From contig NC_014729.1 of assembly GCF_000172995.2 (NCBI RefSeq), positions 2,460,001 through 2,492,000 of the forward strand: a stretch of 32,000 bases of DNA. Reading direction: 5' to 3'. The notes beneath the pieces are model-generated. The model searched no databases and had not been told where the DNA came from. It saw only the letters and a program-made list of their open reading frames with translations. The stretch comes from Halogeometricum borinquense DSM 11551. GTDB lineage: Archaea > Halobacteriota > Halobacteria > Halobacteriales > Haloferacaceae. This document shows, piece by piece, positions 26,500 through 32,000 of the stretch. Each line of letters starts with the position of its first letter. Position 1 is the first letter of the stretch. The position numbers were made by a program, and so were the translations under genes.

Positions 26500-27183
26500 T
26501 CAGCGATGAGGCTGCTTTCGCTCCCGTTTCCGCTTCTCCTTCCGCTTTCGCCTTTCTTTCTCCTCTTTCCGTCTCCGCTTCCGCTTTTCGCTTCTTCCGT
26601 TCTCCTTTCGCTTCCGCTTCTTCCTCCGTTTTCGCTTCGACCGGTTGCCGTTGTTGCTATCGCTACAGACGGTTCCACACCGGTTCGTGAACATGTCTCG
26701 GGGTGCATCCAGGTTCGAGGGATGCGTACAGGCGTCTCGTAACGTCCCCTCGATGCTCTCGAAGCAGGTCAGTTCGTCGAGCCATTTCTGCGCACACTGG
26801 TTCGGGTTACACCAGACATTTCCATCTGGTGACTCGACGGCGAGGATGGCCTCGCCCGCCTCGACGGTGTAGCGAAACGCGTGTTCGCGGTCGCCACCGA
26901 CCTTACAATCGGGCGTCTCGACCGTGCGCGTTCGACAACCGCCTTCGTTCGTCGCGCGGAGATACACCGTAAGAGGACTTGTACGCGCGAGTCCCGTCGC
27001 AACGACCTGACTGCACCCGCAGAAGTACAACTGATCCGGGGTCTCACCGGCGGCCGCTGTTCCCGTCGCGGCCCGTAACCCGACTGCACCTAGTCCGGTC
27101 GCTCCAACGGACTTTAGCACGGCCCGCCGGTTCACTGTTCGTCGTGTCGATTCGTCTCCCTCAGTTCGCGTTGGTGACCACAT
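26500..27183 (-). CDS. Tat-signal, cysteine-rich secreted protein with a polybasic (Lys/Arg) C-terminal tail; function unknown
   Basis: From ATG 27183 it reads MWSPTRTEGDESTRRTVNRRAVLKSVGATGLGAVGLRAATGTAAAG (Tat-like signal). A ~140-aa domain with 10 Cys follows, then SKRKRRKKRKRKENGRSEKRKRRRKEEKERRKRKEKRKRERKQPHR. The track start at 27327 lies in AT-rich sequence and I rejected it. The tail reading frame cannot be confirmed from ORF logic alone (see findings). Confidence 0.6.
   Translation of the reverse strand: MWSPTRTEGDESTRRTVNRRAVLKSVGATGLGAVGLRAATGTAAAGETPDQLYFCGCSQVVATGLARTSPLTVYLRATNEGGCRTRTVETPDCKVGGDREHAFRYTVEAGEAILAVESPDGNVWCNPNQCAQKWLDELTCFESIEGTLRDACTHPSNLDAPRDMFTNRCGTVCSDSNNGNRSKRKRRKKRKRKENGRSEKRKRRRKEEKERRKRKEKRKRERKQPHR
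26510..26639. repeat. 130-nt low-complexity tract with no A on the plus strand (T-free, purine-rich on the coding minus strand)
   Basis: Direct reading shows only C, T and G between 26510 and 26639, made of reiterated cgctt/ccgctt/ctcctt units. It encodes the K/R/E tail of the preceding feature. Confidence 0.9.
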
Positions 27184-27372
27184 GGCTGTGTGAATGTTGC
27201 CGCTACGAGACAGCCCCACCAACCGAATCAGAATCCCGTAGAGACGATAGGACAGACGAGAATCACGAGTATAAGTATTATTCAGGTGACTAGAACGGTC
27301 CGGATCGAGAAAATAAATTGAGAACACGTACCCGCCCGAACGCCTTTGCCTCCAACCACCCTACGCTCGGCC

Positions 27373-27558
27373 ATGACAGATGACTCCGAAGCCGACGACC
27401 CCGTCCGTATCCCCATCGTAGACGACGACTCGGTCGAAGAACCGACCGACGACAGTCGCAGCGCCGGTCTCATCATGCTCGTTCTCGCCATCGTCGCGTT
27501 CGCCGTTATCTACCTTGTCTCCCGAGGCAACGACGACGCGATGGAACCACCGTTCTGA
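27373..27558 (+). CDS. small single-pass membrane protein (61 aa)
   Basis: MTDDSEADDPVRIPIVDDDSVEEPTDDSRSAGLIMLVLAIVAFAVIYLVSRGNDDAMEPPF has an acidic N-terminus and one TM helix. It is divergent from the Cys-rich gene. It is short, so my confidence is moderate. Confidence 0.45.
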   Translation: MTDDSEADDPVRIPIVDDDSVEEPTDDSRSAGLIMLVLAIVAFAVIYLVSRGNDDAMEPPF

Positions 27559-27673
27559 CCGCCCGACCCGAACGCAGGAGTAGCGACAGGGGATGTGATG
27601 TTGGAACTGACTCCGGATCGGAAACGGGCGAATCGGCAGTAGAGTTTATCATCTGACAGAAACAACAGCCGCC

Positions 27674-28345
27674 ATGGCGTCGATAGCCGAGTTCACCCTG
27701 CCCGCGCCCGACTTCCCGTTGGGTCGAATTTTCGAGCGGTGGCCGGAGGCGACGCTAGAACTCGACCGAGTCGTTCCGAACGACGACACGGTGATGCCGT
27801 ACTTCTGGGTGACCGTTCCGAACGCAGACGGCGATTTGGCGGCCATCCGAGAGGAGTTCGACGGACTTGCAGAGTTACGGTCGGCCGTGCTGATGGAGGA
27901 GTTAGGTGACAAGGGGCTGTTCCGCGCCGAATGGGAACCCGAGTATATGGGAATCATGCGCGCCATCTCCGTGACCGGTGTGACGGTTCTCTCCGCTACC
28001 GGCTCCGCAGACGGGTGGACGTTCGAACTCCGTGCGATGGAAGCCGAGCAGTTCTCGCAGTTTCATCACTACTGCACGGAACACGACATCAACGTAACGC
28101 TCGCCCGCCTCAGTCAACTCTCGGAGGCGACGACTGGTTCGGAGTACGACCTCACTCCAGAACAGGCGGAGGCGCTACGGCGCGCCTACAAATCCGAGTA
28201 CTACGACGACCCGCGCGGAATCGACCAGAAGGCGCTCGCCGAAGAACTCGGGATTTCGCGGCAGGCGTTCGCGTCTCGTCTCCGACGCGGCTATCGTAAC
28301 CTCATCAGGTGTACGCTCATCCGAGATACTCGAACTGACGACTAG
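27674..28345 (+). CDS. HTH_10 (bacterio-opsin activator-type) transcriptional regulator
   Basis: 223 aa. The C-terminal LTPEQAEALRRAYKSEYYDDPRGIDQKALAEELGISRQAFASRLRRGYRNLI is the HTH_10 motif. The N-terminal domain is of the type seen in Bat-like regulators. TTTATC sits about 27 nt upstream of the ATG. Confidence 0.8.
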   Translation: MASIAEFTLPAPDFPLGRIFERWPEATLELDRVVPNDDTVMPYFWVTVPNADGDLAAIREEFDGLAELRSAVLMEELGDKGLFRAEWEPEYMGIMRAISVTGVTVLSATGSADGWTFELRAMEAEQFSQFHHYCTEHDINVTLARLSQLSEATTGSEYDLTPEQAEALRRAYKSEYYDDPRGIDQKALAEELGISRQAFASRLRRGYRNLIRCTLIRDTRTDD

Positions 28346-28926
28346 CTGTAATAAACGAGTTGCATACGTAAGACGGCAACTCATTGTCCTCGTGCCACTA
28401 ACGCAGTTGGAGATGGGCAACGGTTACGGAAGGGGTGAAACAGTTTCGACGGGCAGGGCATCGCCCGGTGGGCCATTCAGTGGAGACGTTGTCACACGCG
28501 TCTCCGCGCTCACGGGCTTCGATTCGGAACCCAGTTCCGATTCGTCCGCCGGTACGACCAAAGAAACGCTCAACCCGTCGAACACCGTCACCGACTCAGA
28601 GGCACCCGACTCAACACTTCGGAGGGCCGTTCGAGAGACGGACCGCCACAGCGGTTACGTCACCCTCAGCAGCCACAGAGACAGGGGAGCGGTCATCGAG
28701 GGGGGCACCATCTCCACCGAACAACCCACACGAGCGGCCGACAGGGTGTAGTCGCGCCTACAACACGCTCTGCCGTCATTCGGAATTCGGGCACACGGCA
28801 GACAAGTCGGCCGCTTTCGAGATCAGGGCACGTGGCGAAAACCACAGGGGTCTCACGTCCGTATTCTTTCCGGCAGTTCAGCAGGAGGCAACAAACCTTT
28901 CGTGCGACCGAGTGTAGTTTTCTGAG

Positions 28927-30468
28927 ATGACGACTTCGAACGAAGCGGTCGGCGGGCCGGTCGTTCGCGTCGCCGGGGGTTCGCCGCATCGAACCGACGT
29001 GAGCGCCGTCGTAGACGCTGCGAGAGAGGCCACCGAGACGGCGACCGTTCGAGAGACGGGACCGACGGGAGCGGACGCACTCGAACCGTTACTGTTGGTC
29101 ACGGTGGCGAATAAGACAGCGTTCTACGCCACGCCGTCGCTCGACACCGTCCGTAACGTGATACACGCCGCTGAATCGGGGAAATCCGCGGACGCTCTCG
29201 CTGACGGTGCAGACGCTGTAGTCGAGAGTGACGGAACGCGGTTGCCAGTTCCCGACGAAGGGCCGTTGCGTGTCGGTTGCCGTCGTGTACTCGGTCGATG
29301 TGGATGGGTGAATCCGACTGAACCACCCACAGAATCCGTTCTCGACGCCGTTTCCGACGACTCCGAGAGCGTGTGTACGGAGATACACCGAATCGGCCTT
29401 CTCGGTCGCGGACGTGGCGACGCACGCGCAGACCGGCCGGTCGCTGAGGGGTGGGCAACGGCACGGAAAACCGACGGCGACACCGTACTCGTGGTGAACG
29501 CGAACGACGCTGACGAGCGAAACCGAACGGACAGCACGCTCGTTGAAGGCGATGCCGGGGGCGTCGTAGACGCCGCAATGGCCGTCGCACACCTCGTGGA
29601 AGCCGAGGACGTAATCATGTACGCCCAGACGGGGTCGATGGCGGCCGAACGCCTCTCGGCCGCCGCCTCGCGCTACCGGGACGAGTACGGCGACGCACCG
29701 CAGGTGGCCGTCGGTCCCGAACGGTATATCGCAGGCGAACCGACGATGGCGCTTGAATCCTTAGAGGGGAACGACCGATTGGAAGCACGCTTACGCCCGC
29801 CGGGACCGGAAACGCACGGTCTGTACGGCCGGCCGACCGTCATCCATACGCCGCGGACGTTGCTACAGGTGCGCGAAGCGATTCTCCGGCCCGAGGAGTT
29901 CGACGCCGACGATGCTGACCCGGGAACGCGCGTCGTCACCGTCACTGGCGACGTGGACTCACCCGCGACGGTCGAACTCACAACAGGAGCACCGCTTCGG
30001 GCGGCCGCGGCGGCCGTGGATAGAACGGAGACGAAGATGGCCATCGTCGGCGGGCAGTTCGGCGGCGTCACCCGCCATCTGGACCACACGCTCTCTGCAC
30101 CCGCGTTGTCGGGGGCGAATCTCGGTACCGAAGGCGTCGTCGAACTGTTCGGTGACGACCGGTGTGCGCTGGCGACCGTGGGGTCGCGCGCGCGGTTCGC
30201 GTCCGAAGAGAACTGCGGGCGGTGCGTCCCGTGCCGCGAGGGGACAACGCAACTCACCGACCTCCTGCGCGACATCTACGCGGGCGACTACGACGACGAT
30301 ACGCTTCGGGAGTTGACGCGGACGATGCGAAACACGAGTACGTGTGACTTCGGCCGAAGCGCGGCGCGAACCGTCGAGACGGCGATGGCCGCATTCGAGG
30401 CAGAATTCGAGGCGCATACTCACGGCCGATGTCCAACGGGGCAGTGTGACGCGCAGGCGGGACAGTGA
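28927..30468 (+). CDS. NuoF-like protein (NADH dehydrogenase subunit F family Fe-S binding domain), divergent
   Basis: 513 aa. ENCGRCVPCREGTTQL plus a downstream STCDFG matches the NuoF 4Fe-4S (N3-type) cysteine motif. VVNANDADERNRTDSTLVEGD resembles the NuoF core, but the Gly-rich FMN loop is degenerate (GRGRGDARADRP). Confidence 0.8.
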   Translation: MTTSNEAVGGPVVRVAGGSPHRTDVSAVVDAAREATETATVRETGPTGADALEPLLLVTVANKTAFYATPSLDTVRNVIHAAESGKSADALADGADAVVESDGTRLPVPDEGPLRVGCRRVLGRCGWVNPTEPPTESVLDAVSDDSESVCTEIHRIGLLGRGRGDARADRPVAEGWATARKTDGDTVLVVNANDADERNRTDSTLVEGDAGGVVDAAMAVAHLVEAEDVIMYAQTGSMAAERLSAAASRYRDEYGDAPQVAVGPERYIAGEPTMALESLEGNDRLEARLRPPGPETHGLYGRPTVIHTPRTLLQVREAILRPEEFDADDADPGTRVVTVTGDVDSPATVELTTGAPLRAAAAAVDRTETKMAIVGGQFGGVTRHLDHTLSAPALSGANLGTEGVVELFGDDRCALATVGSRARFASEENCGRCVPCREGTTQLTDLLRDIYAGDYDDDTLRELTRTMRNTSTCDFGRSAARTVETAMAAFEAEFEAHTHGRCPTGQCDAQAGQ

Positions 30469-30713
30469 GTGTGAAGTGGGACGTCCGGATCACGCGGTGG
30501 AACCTCCTGAACGCCGTGAAAGAACTTCTCCGACCAATCCTCCCGGTGGCGATAGTCGTCTACGCCGTTATCGACCTGTTCGCTGACGCGTGGGTCACAG
30601 AACAGGGACCCTCGATGCTTGCCTCGGCCGTTGACGGACTCGGATTTGTCACAGTCGGTATCGTCGGTGCCGTTCTCGTGTTCGACATCACTGACTGGTT
30701 GCGTTCGCGGTGA
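30465..30713 (+). CDS. small membrane protein (82 aa) overlapping the NuoF-like stop
   Basis: The GTG start overlaps the upstream stop (GTGA). It has two hydrophobic helices (ILPVAIVVYAVIDLF, GLGFVTVGIVGAVLVF) and reasonable third-position GC. Confidence 0.5.
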   Translation: MSVKWDVRITRWNLLNAVKELLRPILPVAIVVYAVIDLFADAWVTEQGPSMLASAVDGLGFVTVGIVGAVLVFDITDWLRSR

Positions 30714-30722
30714 GCGACGCTG

Positions 30723-32000
30723 TCAGGGCCGCAAATTATCGATCCCCAACCGCTCGCACAGGTCTGGCGTCGGCCGCCCGTCTTCATCCCACCCAAGACG
30801 GTCGTAGTAGGCATCCAACGTCCGCTCGAACGCCTCGCGGTCCAGTCCGTCGTGCCCGCCCTGCACTTGCGGGCGGGTGAGTATGTCGGGCAGCGCATCG
30901 TCGTCACGGTCGAATCCCTCGCGGACGTTGAACAGGCGAGTGAGCGTCCACACTCGTTCGCCGACGCGACGAAGTTCCGCCGGCGTGTAGTCGAGACCGA
31001 CGGCAGAGAGCCACGACGCACCGTAATCACGGATCACCTCGCCCGCGAAGTCATCAACGACCAGCGACCACAGCACCGCCCGCGTGATCTGTTCTTCGGC
31101 GACGGCCGCCGCGCGGCGTTCCGGCGACCACTCCTCGGTGGCAAACACCTCCTCAACGACGGGGCGAGCGCGGCGGTGACACGCTCCCCGGTCGCTAGTC
31201 GCGTAAGCGAGTGCCATCGCTGGCGACCCGCGCGGGTCGTACGACGGGAGTGCCATCGACTTTACCGTCGGAACGAGACTATCGCCATCACCAGACGGTG
31301 TCTGCTGAGCCGACGTATGTGAACGTCGCTCGTCGTTTCCGAAACGGTTGGCCGCCGCGTCCACACCGTCCGCGAGTGTATCTGCGAGTTCACCATCGCG
31401 GCGAGCGATACGTGAAACGAGTGCTTGTGCCGACGCCGCATCACCGAACGACAGGTCGCGTTCGAGGAGCCCTTCGTCGGCCGCTCGCATCGCCCACGCG
31501 ACGGCGGTACCGGCGCTGATTACGTCCACACCGAGACGGTCGCATGTCGCTCCGAGCGTCGCCACAGCGTCGAAATCGTCGATAGCGAGACCCGCACCCA
31601 GCGAGATTGGTGCGGCCCCTCGCGGCACGGATTCGGGTTTCTGCTCATCGGAGACTTCGATACGAAAGTCGCCGCGTCCGTCGCTCACGACGCTCACATC
31701 GTCGTATTCGCGGGCGACAGCGGCCGCCTGAACCGCCTCGATTCCCACGTCGTCCACGCCGTCGAACGACCCGGACTCCCACCCGCGCGTCGGGAGAACG
31801 CCCATCTCGTCGGCGAAGTCTATCGTCTCCAGCGTCCCGCCCGCACGAAGCCACTCGCCCGGCCCCTCACGCGAGAAGCGTTCGCGGTGTGCCTCGCGGA
31901 GAGACTCAAGTTCCGGCGTCGATGTGGGCGGGTCACCACGAGCGACAACCGATTTCAGTTGCTTCGATCCGAAGACGGCCCCGACGCCGCCGCGTCCGGC
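30723..32000 (-). CDS. aor: aldehyde:ferredoxin oxidoreductase (AOR) family protein; N-terminus outside the window
   Basis: The track ORF (30723-31805) continues upstream in frame, without a stop, to the window edge. My translation of 32000-31806 gives AGRGGVGAVFGSKQLKSVVARGDPP..., the AOR GxGGxGAVxGSKxLKA motif. The C-terminal domain is typical of the AOR family. Confidence 0.9.
   Translation of the reverse strand, partial: AGRGGVGAVFGSKQLKSVVARGDPPTSTPELESLREAHRERFSREGPGEWLRAGGTLETIDFADEMGVLPTRGWESGSFDGVDDVGIEAVQAAAVAREYDDVSVVSDGRGDFRIEVSDEQKPESVPRGAAPISLGAGLAIDDFDAVATLGATCDRLGVDVISAGTAVAWAMRAADEGLLERDLSFGDAASAQALVSRIARRDGELADTLADGVDAAANRFGNDERRSHTSAQQTPSGDGDSLVPTVKSMALPSYDPRGSPAMALAYATSDRGACHRRARPVVEEVFATEEWSPERRAAAVAEEQITRAVLWSLVVDDFAGEVIRDYGASWLSAVGLDYTPAELRRVGERVWTLTRLFNVREGFDRDDDALPDILTRPQVQGGHDGLDREAFERTLDAYYDRLGWDEDGRPTPDLCERLGIDNLRP

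Noticed and set aside
26359-26742. Plus-strand Leu/Pro/Ser/Phe-rich 127-aa ORF, and the minus-strand 26463-26708 ORF, across the A-free tract
   Set aside because: Both exist only because the tract cannot encode stop codons. Neither has a credible start context or flanking coding sequence, unlike the frame continuous with the Tat/Cys-rich domain.
27184-27327. Upstream extension of the Cys-rich protein (track start at 27327, MFSIYFLDPDRSSHLNNTYTRDS...)
   Set aside because: It lies in AT-rich promoter-like sequence with atypical composition. The ATG at 27183 places the twin-arginine motif at the normal distance from the N-terminus.
28346-28926. RNase P RNA or SRP (7S) RNA in the long gene-poor region
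   Set aside because: I looked on both strands for the conserved GAGGAAAGUCC and ACAGAA-N-GGCUUA type RNase P elements and for the SRP helix-8 motif, and found no convincing match. I kept it only as an unclassified structured region in the findings.
1-32000. Prophage, integrative element, transposon or known defence island
   Set aside because: I recognised no integrase, transposase, terminase, capsid or tRNA target. I also saw no long direct repeats at candidate borders, and no nuclease, helicase, methylase or STAND-type genes typical of defence systems.

Overview
GC-rich sequence with a very acidic proteome, twin-arginine (Tat) signals, frequent GTG starts, 4-nt ATGA/GTGA gene overlaps and HTH_10 (Bat-type) regulators. 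It is almost certainly a haloarchaeal (class Halobacteria) chromosome or megaplasmid segment. I support about 35 protein genes and saw no rRNA, tRNA, CRISPR array, transposase or integrase. In order: (1) a MoxR-type accessory operon on the minus strand (DUF4129-like, small membrane protein, DUF58; 1-2493). (2) A wHTH regulator, a CPA1 Na+/H+ antiporter followed by a 24-bp tandem repeat, a Tat lipoprotein and a small acidic protein. (3) An S8 subtilase whose Tat signal lies upstream of the first canonical start codon. (4) A 7-gene type IV pilus-like operon (9069-16244): PilB-like ATPase, PilC-like membrane protein and five translationally chained proteins with class III (prepilin) signal peptides. 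(5) A signal-less trypsin-like S1 protease. (6) A transport/catabolic block: two sodium:solute symporters, an SDR, a SnoaL-like protein and two HTH_10 regulators. (7) A minus-strand block of an orphan Tat-exported 10-cysteine protein with a ~46-residue Lys/Arg tail, a MinD/ParA ATPase, a translationally coupled acidic partner and a hypothetical protein. (8) A divergent NuoF-like Fe-S protein, a small membrane protein and a partial aldehyde:ferredoxin oxidoreductase. My best candidates for something undescribed are the polycationic Cys-rich Tat protein with its neighbours (26.5-27.6 kb) and the uncharacterised pilus-like machine with five minor-pilin-like proteins. All functional calls come from motif recognition by eye; no database search was run.
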